Part shown: positions 43,247-64,000 of the stretch, piece by piece | Position numbering within the stretch: position 1 is the first letter of the stretch | Layout: each line of letters begins with the position of its first letter | DNA from: Zygnema circumcarinatum SAG 698-1b | Lineage: Eukaryota; Plantae; Zygnematophyceae | Assembly: GCA_037447605.1 (NCBI GenBank) | Contig: CM074823.1 | Location: 1,054,001 to 1,118,000 of the forward strand | Reading direction: 5' to 3' | DNA: 64,000 bases | The notes under the pieces: model-generated | Told to the model about the DNA's origin: nothing | Databases searched by the model: none | What the model saw: only the letters and a program-made list of their open reading frames with translations | Program-made: the position numbers and the translations under genes

Positions 43247-46200
43247 TCAAGCGAAGTACTGCGCCGCCTTCGCCCAGGTGGCAGGCCTGTCCAGGACCGT
43301 CTCGGCCGCGTGGTCAAAGCGGTAATTCGCGGCCTTGAAGACGAAGTCCGCGGGAATCGCAGAGCTTGCCTTGCAGTACGACTGGAGGATGGGGAACTCC
43401 AAGTTTATACGGACAGGAGTCTCCGAAGGTGCATCCTTGTCTGTGAATAATTTGTAATAATACAAATCATACCTAAGCGAGTCGAAGTCATAGCGGATGC
43501 CAACGACGCCTCCTCCGACGGCCATCGGTTTTTGGGGAATACCTCCCACAGCGACACTTTTAACACTCGCAAATTCCTGCATACAAAGCTTGAGAAAGTG
43601 AGACATGAGGCTGAAACCAGAGTCAAAGAACGAGGGAGGAGAGAGCGAGGGAGAGAAGGAGAGACGAAAAGAGTGAAAGAGAGATGGCAAAGATCTACAT
43701 AAAAGGGATCAACGTACCTGCGCCTTGAAGATGAATTCCGCGCACTTCTCGTAGCACAAACCATTGGTGAGGATGAGTATATCTTCAGCCTTGAAAAGCG
43801 GTTTCAGGTAAGATGGCTGAAAAATATAGGTCTTATCGAACACTGTCAACTGCTTCGAATAATCCGCCTTCTTCCCGTTGAAGGTCTTAGATACGACCGG
43901 AAAGAAGAAGGTATCATTTGTGAGTGGCAGGCCATTTACGTCGCTATATGAACTGTAGTCGTATATGGTGTATGTTTCGCTTGCGTTCAAGGCGGCCTTA
44001 ACCAATAGTTTGGCGAGACGTGTCGCTCTGAACTCGCTCGGATACGCAGTGAAAGTGAGAGAGGGGAACAAGGACTGAATGAGAGCGTCAACTCGACTCG
44101 AATACCCGCCGGAAGCGTCAGCCACGTCGATGATGATTCGATTCGCAGCTCGTCTGGATGTCCGTCAAATAAATGGAGTTAGGGTTTCATTGGATTTTCG
44201 GGTTTCCTTGGCTTGAGGCATATAAGAATTCTGTGCTATCTGGAGTTTCTGGGCAATAATGTGACTAGACAATGCAATCACGTCAAATGCGCCATGCTGA
44301 AAAAACTTATTTGCAATGCCAATTGGACGAGGGGAGAATAGAAACGCTTACTTCAATGTAAACAAGCTCAGAACAAGGCTCGGGTACCAATCATAGGAAT
44401 TGGAAACCTTGCCGAAATCGGGTATAACAAGGACTCCTGTTTTTTTGTCCGGCAGAAGCCATGCCTGCATCCACAGGTGTCACATATAGAAGAGTGCATG
44501 TGAGAAAATCGTTTAATAATTTGTGAGGATTGCTTTGCACAACAGAAGAACTGCACATACAAGATTGTGAGAGGGACGCAAAACGTGAGCAAAAGAAGCG
44601 CATTTCTGGAGGAAACCGAGGGCAGGAGAATAGGGTAGGTGTGAGAGAGAGTGGATAAGGGGTATGGAATGGAGAAGGAGAGCGCTTGGAGGGGGAACAC
44701 TGGGTAACAGCAAGAAAGAGTCACCGAAACCCAAAGCAAGCGGGAAACCCAAAGAATGCACGTTTTTAGTCGGCAAGAGGAGAAATAGCGTAAGAATGAA
44801 AAGGGAGAAAAGAGAAGGGCGAACGGAGAGGGAGAGAGGGAGATCCACAGCAATCGATATGCGTGGATTGAAAAAAATTAGTGGCGTCACTTACACTAAC
44901 AACTCCATCAACGAGTTGCTCAGCACCAGTCATGCTCTTGCTCTTTGCGGTCACGGGCAGCTTCTGCGAGGCTGTCGTTGGCTCCGCTTCTGGCTGTCGA
45001 GAAGAATCTTCGAATACAATCGTTCTCTTCGATAAGCTTTTCTCAGAAAAGCTCTGCAAGCCAGAAGAATAGTATCTACTATTGTTGCAGTAATATGCGT
45101 AGTAATCCTGGAGATCGTTGAAGTATAGACCGTATTGAAAAGTTGTGTACCACGGGGCTGAGAGCTTCTCCGACTTGCTTTGCCCCACTCTGCAGCATAA
45201 CCTCACAAGGAGGGTTCAATATGGAGTTGAGTAATGACTATGCAAAGAACGAAAATATGAAACAGCCTGCATCGCGCATTTGCTTAACGGATGTCGAGAC
45301 TTGAGCTCGAAAAAACGCACGTCTGTACAAGTTGTACCAGACAGCTTCTACCATTTCCCTTTCCTGTCAAATATATGTACGGCTCAAAGTTGAAACACGA
45401 TTGAAAACTTAGGCAATTTCTAAGAAAGCCACTGACAATCTGTTTCTTTTAGCTCCACTCCTAGGCACTGTATTAAACTTTGTACTCACCTCTTGATTTG
45501 CATGGATATCGTGGCATTTTCCACAAGATAAGGACGAGAGGAAAAGCCTCCACTGTAAAATGGGTATACGTCGGATTGTGAGAACAGATTGGTCGGGCGG
45601 ACAAAGAGAGAGTTGAGGCGCGCGTTGACGTCCTTGAAGCCGCCCTGCGTCGTGTTCGCAAAGGACAAAAGGTAGTCGTACGCGGGCACGCCTTCGATGG
45701 TCTCCACCGCGGCGGATTCGAAGAGGCTCAGATCCTTCTTCAGCTTCAGCGAGGTCTTGTTGTACACGGACGGGGAGCCTGCAAGGCGACAACAACAACA
45801 TGAGCATGAATGCATGCAAGTTTAGGACCGTGATGCACCAACAACAATCACCACAACGTAGCCTGAAGCAAGACTTGTGGACACGTGTATGTGAGGGAAG
45901 AGAAGCGAGAGGCCGAGAGAATGGGAGAGAGACAGTAGCTTCAGAAAGCCAAAAGAGATGGGAATGACATTTATACCTGAGGATTCCCTTCCAATTCATG
46001 AAAAGGAAAGCTGGATACGTCCAACCCAAACCGAGACCATAGAATCTCGATTTTTTTCTACTTGTTCAAACCATCAGAAGGCACGATTGCCAAAATATCT
46101 ACGAGAAAGAAGGAGATGGGGAGGCGCTCACTGTACGACGGGCGGATCTGCACGACGGGCTGCCCGACCTTCCAGAAGAGAACGAGCGGAAACGCGATCT

Positions 46201-46615
46201 CGGAAGTGAAGGGATAACAGTAGGACATGTACGCCACGTTCTGGTCGCGCAGGGAATCGAAAGCAGTACGCAGCGCGTTGTTGAATTCCAGGTCGCTCTT
46301 GTACTGCTTCTTGCCGATGTCGGTGAGCGTCTTCCGAATGTCGACCTTGAGGGGGAGCTCCTTCGTGGGGGAGTTCAGCGCCACGTCGACGCTCGGCATG
46401 AAGGCGAGCGCCTTCTTCAGGGAGTCCACCATGCTCGCCGCCACGTCAGCATTGTACGGAATCTTTACCAAGCAGCTGCGTACGACGCTGGAAGGAAAAG
46501 TGTATTCGGTTGAGTTCAGGATGAGAGCGCAGGGGTCGGTCTTGGCCGCTGCCGAAAGGCTTACTGAGGAGAAGGCGAAGAGAAGACTTAAGGTGAAAAT
46601 GCATCCTCGAGTCAT
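43247..46615 (-). CDS. Secreted S41 peptidase-like protein, copy 7
   Basis: Exons 46615-46132, 45778-45490, 45189-44895, 44464-44352, 44153-43718, 43576-43247, frame intact. Motifs LRDQN and TNGLCYEKC. Confidence 0.85.
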
Positions 46616-48779
46616 GTACGAAGGAGGGAGAGCAGAGGGAGAGGAGAGGAAGGGATACGGAAAGAGGAGGGAGGGAGAGGAGAGTGAGAAAGTTGGAGAG
46701 GGGAGGGAAGGAGAGGAGAGGGAGGGAGAGGGCGAGGGGAGGTAAGGATAGGAGGGGGAGAGAGAGGGAAAGGGAAGCGAGAGATACGATTGGGAGGGAT
46801 GGGGACAGGGGAAGAGAGAGAGGAGAGGGAGGGAGGGGAAGAGGTGAGAAAGAGAGTGGAGAGTGGAGGGAGGGAGAGGAGAGGAAGGGAGAGGGACGGG
46901 AGAGGGAGGGAGGGATAGGAGAGGGAGGGATGGGGAGAGGGGAGGGAACGAGAGGAGAGAGAGGAGAGAGAGGAGAAGAGGTGAGGGAGAGAGTGGAGTT
47001 GGGAGTGAGGGAGAGGAGAGGAAGGGAGTGGGGGAGGGGAGGGAGGAATGAATGGATAGGAGAGGGATGGAGGGAGGGGGAGTGGGTAGGGAGAGAGAGG
47101 AGCGGGAGGGAGGTGAAGAGGTGAGGCAGAGAGTGGAGAGGGGAGGGAGAGGAGAGGAAGGGAGAGGGAGAGGGTAGGACGGGAGGTATAGAAGAGACTG
47201 GGATGGGGAGAGGTGGGGGAGAGAGAGGAGTGGGGGGGAGAAGAGGTGAGGGAGTGGAGCGGGAGGGGAGGGGCGAAGGATAGCGGTTCGTCGAATCGAC
47301 TTCAGTAGGTGCGGCGGCCTACAGCGCCCGCGCCCATCAATGTATGGCACCGACAGGACCGTACGGTGATGTGCCCCTCCCCGCAGGCATCATCAAATAC
47401 CCCTGAAATCCCGTATTTTACTATTCTCGGGACCATTTTGAGTTTCATTTTCGGGATTTTCGGGACTTTTTTGTTTCGTACTTTTTTTGTACTTTTGGAC
47501 TTTTTTTGTATCTTTTTAGGTACTTTGTTTGTCTTTCAGGACGAAGTTTTTGTCCTGTAGTAGCGTTTGAAGACTACAGTTTTTCTAACATTGCTGATAT
47601 GTCTAACGACGCATGAAGAAGGAAGAGTGGAGGAAGTGGCATTGATCTCACGATGGCGATGATGCCATCAAATGTGCATGGTCAAAATCAGCATCAGGGG
47701 GAACCACGAGAAACTGGTCGCAATGGACCCAAGCTCAAAAGAAGGCATAAAGTATCAGACTTCTAGTCCTTTTTTCAACATATGTTGTCATTCAAAACAA
47801 AATGACAACATGGGGGTGATGGGGGGTCATGGGGGTCATGACCATTTTTCATGCCCCGTGACGTTAGTACAGTGGGGGACCGTCAACGTCGCCGTCCCGT
47901 CCCGACTCGGAGGTTGCGTGGAAGCCACGGCACGTGTGAGGGTGCGCGTTGAGTGGCCGCCGACAATATGATGCGTTGACGTGGTCAGTCGACCCGTGGG
48001 TATATCCGGATAGGGCGTGTCTACTTTGGACATTGCGTTTTAGATTTTGTCTCGGAAGCAGTACTGTATTTACAGTTTTTTCCTTGATTTTACAGAATCA
48101 TATGTATTGGTTTTTAGAATCGGGCTCAGGCAAAGCAACCAAGTTCGGTGAGCTGACACGTGGCAGATTTTTCAATTCGTTTTGGTCGTCCCCATTTGGC
48201 AGTTTCAAGCGATTTTCGGTACAAAACGACAAAATGTTGAGCAAGTTTGACAGGACCACCGACAGAGGACCGACAAAGTTTCTATATGGACTGTCGATGT
48301 CGAACACCATATGGTACGGTATGATTGTCGTTTCTGTTTAACCGACACCTCATCATCACAAGCTAGTCGCGTGCCACTTGGCGCCAAACTAACGACAAAA
48401 AATGTTGACCCCGCTTGACCAGACCACCAACTGTGGCTGAGACCGGACTCCATGTAACGGATTCAGTCCGACACCAAATGCGCGCTTCAATCAGTGCTGG
48501 CCACGTGGACGCTTGTTTTAGAATTTAGGGTTCCCAAGGGTGTTCTGGGATTTGAAGGCTTTCAGTTTTTCGAGGGTTCAAGGATTTTGAGGGTTTTTTG
48601 GTTTTTGGGACGTATGCGCGTGGCAGCCACGTCGGTGCCACGTCAGCGCCAAATCAGCACCAGATCGGCGCCATGTCGGCACAGCGTGCCCTCGCGTTCA
48701 AGTCCAAGCTCATGTGACGAACACAATTCACTCCAAGTCTAGCAGCTGGTGGTGGGGGCCACATATATATATAAAAATA

Positions 48780-49039
48780 GGAGAACTATATACCGCCCCC
48801 TTTCTTGGTTATCCCGCCACTATTTTTTTTAAATCCGACCCTCCCATTTCGGCTATTCTGCCCCCTGTTTTGAAATACCCCGCCCCCCCCATGTTGGATA
48901 TTCCCCCCCCCCCGTTTTCTCNNNNNNNNNNGGGGAGGGGAGGGGTGGGGTGGGGTGCAGAATAGCCGAAATGGGAGGGTCGGATTTCAAAAAATCAGTG
49001 GCGGGATAACCAAAAAAGGGGGGCGGTAGATAGTTCTCC
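48780..49039. mobile_element. TIR element (MITE/MULE-like) spanning an N gap
   Basis: About 82-bp imperfect inverted repeats GGAGAACTA...GGCTATTCTGC (48780-48861 and ~48957-49039). AT-rich flanks TAAAAATA and TTAAAATA are a possible imperfect TSD. A related internal fragment lies near 55230-55275. Confidence 0.65.
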
Positions 49040-49838
49040 TTAAAATAAGGAGTCCCCCTACCAATAATGTCTGCAAGGTACGCATTCTCCCATAGCCCGG
49101 TCGGCACTAGCAGGCTGCCCCGACAGAGCCCGCCAGCCTCCCTAGCTCGCCCCTCCCACAGTTCCTCGTCCCTCCCTCCCTCCCTCCCTCCCTCCCTCCC
49201 TCATGGAGCTGTAGATGTGGAGGCAGGAAGGGCGTTCTTGTGCAGGCGCGAGGAGGAGGTGTAGCGTGGTGCTGAACTTTATGGATTGTAACTACATTGA
49301 GAGAATAAAGGAGTTTGATGCTTCGGGCTTTTGCCTGAACCCGTGTCATTTGCTGTGAGATTTTTGTTATGTGTTTGAGCGGAACCACAGAAGGGACGGG
49401 TCCTGCTTTGTGAGTATTGGGTCGGTGTGAACGGACGCGATTCGGAGCAAGCATTCGATTTGTGAGCGAACTCATACTTTTGCTACAATACAGCATTTGA
49501 ATAGTGGGCTTGAAAACATTTCAAAGGCACCATGGCACGGTTCGGGCATGAAAGCGCGGGGATTAGAGACTAAGTCTGAGAAGAAGATCCATAAATACGC
49601 CTTTTCACGCTATGCGGATGCAACACCTACGCACAATCACTCAAAATTGTGAAGGACTTACTCTTTTATCACACGTTATCTAAATCCACAAAAGGAAAGA
49701 GTCAACCCTAAAATCCCTAAACCCTAAACCCTAAATCCTAAACCCCTAACCCTATTGACATCCCCGCCATACGTCATCTCACAAACCGCAAACCGCCCCC
49801 CTCCTTCACCAACAAAACGAAAAAGACGTCCTCCTCCT

Positions 49839-50864
49839 TCAAGCAAAGTACTGCGCCGCCTTCGCCCAGGTGGCAGGCCTGTCCAGGACCGTCTCGGCCG
49901 CGTGGTCAAAGCGGTAATTCGCGGCCTTGAAGACGAAGTCCGCGGGAATCGCAGAGCTCGCCTTGCAGTACGACTGGAGGATGGGGAAGGTAAAGCTGGC
50001 GATGACAGGAAGAGGCGGAGGGGCGTCCTTGTCAGTGAGTAAGTTGACGTCAATTAACTCAAACCTGAGGGAGTCGATGTTATAGTTGAGGCCAACGACG
50101 CCTCCTCCGACGGCCATCGGCTTTTGGGGAATACCTCCCACAGCGACACTTTTCACTCCCGTAAATTCCTGCATACAAAGCTTGAGAAAATGAGGCATGG
50201 AGTTGAAAACAGAGCACAAGAGCGAGGGGAAGGAGAGAGAGGGAGGCAGAGGAAGGGGGAGACGGAAGGCAGAAAAGGGAGATGGCAAAGATCTACATGA
50301 AGGGATGAACATACCTGCAACTTGAAGATGAACTCCGCACAGTTGTCGTTGCACAAACCATTGGTGAGGATGATGATTTCGTTAGCCTTGAAAAGCGGTT
50401 TCCCAATGGACGGCTGGGAAATTTGAGACTTCGCGAAATACGTCAACTGCTTCGAATAATCCGCCTTCTTCCCGTTGAAGGTCTTCGATACGACCGGAAA
50501 GAAGAAGGTATCATTTGTGAATGGCAGGCCATTTAGGTCGGTCCAGATACGGTAGTCAAAGATGCTGCCAGATGTATAGTTGAGCTCCGAAACGGCTTCA
50601 GCAGTTAGTTTGGCGAGACGTGTCGCTCTGAACTCGCTCGGATACGCAGTGAAAGTGAGAGAGGGGAACAAGAACTGAATGAGATCGTCGGCGAGACCCG
50701 GATACCCGCCGGCATTATCAGTCACGTCGATGATGATTCGATTCACAACTCGTCTGAACAACAACAAGTACATCGGGATAGGGTTAAGGTTAGGGTAAGG
50801 ATTAGGGTGAGGGTTAGGGTTAGGGTTAGGGTTAGGGTTAGGGTTAGGGTTAGGGTTAGGGTTG

Positions 50865-50902
<38 letters not shown>

Positions 50903-51518
50903 TAGGGTTAGGGTGAGGATTCGTCGTGCTCTCCGTAACCGAAGGAAAGGAATGTTGGACAAGAGACGATGCTTTCATCATAATTTGAATGCGCCATGTG
51001 AAAGGAAGTAAGATTTCACAATTGAAATTGGACATAAAGAGGATGAAAATTGGCTTACTTCAAAGCGATCAAGCTTAGAACAACGCTCCGGTACCACTCA
51101 AAGTAAATGACATCCCCCCCAAAGCTGGGCATAACGAGAACTCCGGTTTTGTTATCCGGAAGCAGCCATGCCTGCATCCATAAAACAGGACATTTTCCAG
51201 GAGTTCATGTAAAAATCGTTCGTGCATAAGATTTTTATTTCAGTAGACGTTGAACAACGGCAGAAAAAGCTCTATGGGCGATACGGAGAGCAGAAGACGG
51301 ATGAACCAGGAAGGATTGGCTTCTACAGAGTGCGAGTGTGGAAAAAATTAAGGGAATAGAAGAGGAAAAGAATACTGGGAGAGGGCACAAGGGGGAATAT
51401 CGCAAAAGACTTAAAATGAAGCAAGATTGAGAGACGGGGAAGGTAGGATTTTTGTCGGCAATAGGTCAAGAAGCGAAAGAAAAACAAGGGAAAATGGAGA
51501 GTGGAGAGAGAGATAGAG

Positions 51519-51574
<56 letters not shown>

Positions 51575-53507
51575 GAGAGAGAGAGATTCTCATAACGGGC
51601 AAGCGTGAATAGAAAGCAAAGCAGCAGTGTTGCTTACAGTGATGAATCCGTCAGAGAGGAGCTGAGCACCATCCAATTTTGTGCTTGTTGGGGCCACGGC
51701 AGACTGAAGGGGTTCAGACATTCCTTCGGCTTCTGGCAGTCGAGAGCGATCTTCGAATACACTCTTTCTCTCCGAAAGGGTTTTAGGAGAGGAGGGAGGT
51801 TCATAAGGCTCATCATAAGTGTAAGTAGCATTGCAGCTCCTCGCGTAGTAACTCTTCAGATCGTCGAAGTATAAACCGTACTGGAAAGTGGTGTACCACG
51901 GAGCTGATAGCTTTTCGGAATTCCTCTGCCCCACTCTGCAGTATAATGCCAACACAACAATTTTAGGGTTTTAAGGGTTTTTAGAGTTTTCATGATCGTG
52001 CAGATAGATTTTTTTTTTTTTTTTTTTTTTTTTAGGGTTTCTAGAGTCTTTAGGGTTTTTATGCATTCTAACGATTGACGGATGTTGAAAACCAAGCACG
52101 AATCAATGCGCCTGTGAACTATGTATGCATCATTTAAGCTTGAACCCAATGGATGCAAATTCGGAGAACCTCTCACAATCCCTTTATGTTGTGTGCCAAA
52201 TTCAAGTTAAACTCTACCTCTTTATTTGCATGGATATCGTGGCACTATCCACGAGATAAGGGCGAGAGGAGAAGGCTCCGCTTAAGGGCGTGGTGGAAAA
52301 AGAATAGCGATCTGAAAAGCGATTGGTCGGACGGGCAAAGAGGGAGTTGAGGCGCGCGTTGACGTCCTTGAAGCCGCCCTGCGTCGTGTTCGCAAAGGAC
52401 AAAAGGTAGTCGTACGCGGGCACGCCTTCGATGGTCTCCACCGCGGCGGATTCGAAGAGGCTCAGATCCTTCTTCAGCTTCAGCGAAGTCTTGTTGTACA
52501 CGGACGGGGAGCCTGCAAGGCGACAACAGCAACAACAACATGAGCATGAATAAAAACAACAACAACAACAACATGCGCATGAATAACAACGACAACAACA
52601 ACATGAGCATGAATAACAACAACAACAACAAGGGTATGGATGTATGCAGGTTGAGAACCGTGATGCACCAACAACAATCACCACAACGTAGTCTCAAGCA
52701 AGACTTGGGGACATGTGTGTGTGTGAGGGCAAGAGGGAGAGAGAGGGAGAGAGAGAGAGGGAGAGAGAGAGAGAGAGAGAGAGAAATATAGCAAAATATT
52801 GAGACTGGGAGAGAGGTGCGAGAAACCCTGGCTTTTGGAAGCCGAACGAGATGGCAATGCCAGTTGTACAGGAGGACCCCCTTCAAATTCATGAAATGGA
52901 AATGCAGGACACGCCCAGAAAAAGGAACCCTAAAATAACCGAGGCATTTCAATAAGCCCAAATCGTCATCCCGATTTTTTTTTTAAAAGAGTGCGAGCAA
53001 GAAGGAGATGGGGCGTCGCTCACTGTACGATGTACGGATCTGCACGACGGGCTGCCCGTCCTTCCAGAAGAGAACGAGCGGAAACGCGATCTCGGAAGTG
53101 AAGGGGTAACAGTAGGACGTGTACGCCACGTTCTGGTCGCGCAGGGAATCGAAAGCAGTACGCAGCGCGTTGTTGAATTCCAGGTCGCTCTTGTACTGCT
53201 TCTTGCCGATGTCGGTGAGGGTCTTCCGAATGTCGACCTTGAGGGGGAGCTCCTTCGTGGGAGAGTTCAGCGCCACGTCGACGCTCGGCATGAAGGCGAG
53301 CGCCTTCTTCAGGGAGTCCACCAAGCTCGCCGCCACGTCAGCATTGTACGGAATCTGACCGAAGCAACTGCGCACGTCGCTGGAAAGAAACGTCGACTCG
53401 GTCGTGTTCACGAACGGAGCGCAGAGGTCCTTTTTGGCCGCCGCCGAAAGCACCACTGAACAGAGGGCGACTAAAAGGCTTAAGGTGAAAGTGCCTCCTC
53501 GCGACAT
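49839..53507 (-). CDS. Secreted S41 peptidase-like protein, copy 8
   Basis: Exons 53507-53024, 52512-52218, 51935-51638, 51171-51059, 50753-50315, 50168-49839, frame intact. Motifs LRDQN, IIIDVTDNAGG and TNGLCNDNC. Confidence 0.85.
50779..50917. repeat. Interstitial telomere-like (TTAGGG/TGAGGG)n in copy 8 intron 4
   Basis: About 22 hexamer units read directly. Confidence 0.92.
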
Positions 53508-54857
53508 GGTGCGGGAGAGTGCAAAGGGAGGAGGGAGAGGAGGGGGAGAGATAGGAGAGAGAGAGAGAGGAGAGGGAGGGAGGGAGGGAGGGGGAGAGAG
53601 AGGGGAGAGGGGGAGAGAGAGGGGAGAGGGGGACAGGAGAGGGAGAGAGGAAGGGAGAGGGAGAGAGAGGTAAGAGGGGGAGAGGGATAGAGGGAGGGAG
53701 GGAGGGGTAGAGAGAGGTGAGAGGGGGAGAGGAAAGGGAGAGAGGGAGGGAGGGGGCGAGAGAGGGGAGAGGGGGAAAGGGGAGGGAGGAAGGAGGGGGA
53801 AGGGAGAGAGGTGGAGTGCGGAGGTTGCTGAGCGTACCCTATAGGCGCGGCCGCCGGCAGTTCGCCCGTGGCCGGCAAATGTACGGCACCGACATGTCCG
53901 TACGGTGCCGTTACGTGTTGACGGCGTGGAGGGATCGGCGGACGGACTCGGAGGTTGCGTAAAAGCCACGGCATTGTAAGGGTGGGCTCTGATTGGTTGG
54001 ACGGTTGGCGGTGCGCGATTCTGATTGGCGACGAGGTTTGATACTGCTGACGTGGACCAATGAATTACGGTCACCTCGTGGGCGAATCCGCATATTTGGT
54101 CAATTTTTGGGCATTTGGCATTTGAAATCTTTTTTAGTCAGAACACGTACTCTTCGGATTGAAGTTGTCGTTTATTTCGCTGGATACAATTGTACTGATT
54201 GCGAACAGCACAGCTCGCTCATTTGATACGGCACGTTGGCGCGCGGCACGACACGTGGCATGGTTTGAATTCGTAGATGTTTGAACCGATTCGTCAGTAT
54301 TGGAGTTTCGGCACAAAACGACAAAATAGAGCAAAGTTTGACGAGACCACCAATACCAAAACGACATGTTGACTGTACGGCTAAGTCTTTTATGTACGAA
54401 TTTTACGGCATTGTACGGTATGGTTGTCGTTTGGTCGGACCGCCACCTGTCATCATTGCACGCTTATCGCACGTCACCACGCGTCTCCAAAGAAACTTCA
54501 AAACCACGGTTGACTATGGTCGACTATGATTGACTAAGATTGACCACAATTGGCCAAGGTTGACCAGGTCGGCTACTTTGACTTAAATGCGTATACAGTA
54601 CGGTCAATGCCACGAGGCACAGACCACGTGTCCGCTCTGCATTGGTTTGTTTGGAGCTCGTTTTGATCCCCCAAAGTGGGCGAGGATTTGGCCAGAGTTG
54701 AAGAAATTCTTTATTTTTGCTCAATGGTCTAACTTCATTCAACTTCATTCAACAGTGCTGATCCCTCTTGATGGCGTGGCTGAACTCTTGCTGACATGGC
54801 TCGACTTTGCTGACGTGGCTCAACTGACTGGCAAGTTGTTTTCATGCAACCAGTTGG

Positions 54858-54990
54858 ATGAAGTTGAATGAAGTTGAATGAAGTTGAGTGAAGTTGAATG
54901 AAGTTGAGTGAAGTTGAATGAAGTTGAGTGAAGTTGAATGAAGTTGAGTGAAGTAAGTTGAATGAAGTTGAGTGAAGTAAGTTGAATGAG
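54858..54990. repeat. 10-bp minisatellite (TGAAGTTGAR)n
   Basis: Read directly from the sequence. Confidence 0.9.
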
Positions 54991-55586
54991 GTTGCATCAA
55001 AAAGCTTCGCTTCGGAGGTATCCGATTCAAGAGCTTCAAGCAGCCTTCATTCCTTCACCCCCTAAATCAAATATCAACCAAAAAAAAAATAACAGTTAAA
55101 AAAAAAAAAGCCACACACAAAACGGCAACAAAAACGATAACAACAACGGAAACTGTGAGAGGCAAGGGACGTGACGTGACGTGACGTGAGAAGAGGTGCC
55201 CGACCCTCGGTTTCTACAAATAAAAATTTCCAAAAGGGGGGGGGGTGGGATATCCAATAAGGGGGCGGGGTGCATTATCATTCTCCATATTTTTTGGGGA
55301 AAATGTTTCAAATAAGCTATCGCAGAGTATTCAACACAAAAATTAGGGTTTAGATTGTTCTGGTTGGAAGTGAAAGCGATCCACTTTTGATACATTTTTT
55401 ATCCACGTTGGAGTTGATCTGAAACTTGAGAACGGGACAAAAATATACCTTGTTTTTTTATTGTGACAAAAAAACGTACGGACAAAATGTGGCTCAAAGG
55501 CCTTCAAATTTCTATTGGCACACGATGATTTGTACAAAGAAACAATACACTTCAATTAGGATTGGGAATCATGTGGACCATCCGGC

Positions 55587-64000
<8,414 letters not shown>

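Noticed and set aside
50779-50917. Chromosome end
   Set aside because: A short interstitial array inside an intron of an intact gene.

Overview
Intron-rich eukaryotic DNA with GT-AG introns, huge CT/GA microsatellite tracts, plant-type telomere-like repeats and six 10-N gaps. The plant-type genes suggest a streptophyte, most likely a green alga (inference). Two housekeeping genes flank the window: the 3' end of a MEKK/YODA-type MAPKKK (+, to 4030) and the 3' part of an ACAP-type BAR-PH-ArfGAP-ankyrin gene (-, from 55587). Between them lies a ~47 kb cluster of eight paralogous six-exon genes (four +, four -). They encode ~646-aa secreted proteins with the motif series of fungal-type (CPAF/UstP-like) S41 peptidases. 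Six copies are intact, one is gap-truncated with a frameshift, and one is a pseudogene. In every readable copy the presumed catalytic His and Ser are both replaced. The framework is almost identical at nucleotide level, while five short Tyr/Asp/Ser-rich segments are hypervariable and appear shuffled between paralogs. This points to a diversified pseudo-protease binding or recognition family. Inside the cluster is a secreted LRR-EGF-Pro/Arg-tail gene whose 72-bp LRR exons are recent tandem duplicates that differ almost only at concave-face residues. Also present: two Mutator-like TIR elements, an LTR/PBS-like fragment, and traces of the inverted duplication that produced the minus-strand copies. 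All family assignments come from motif recognition, not database searches.
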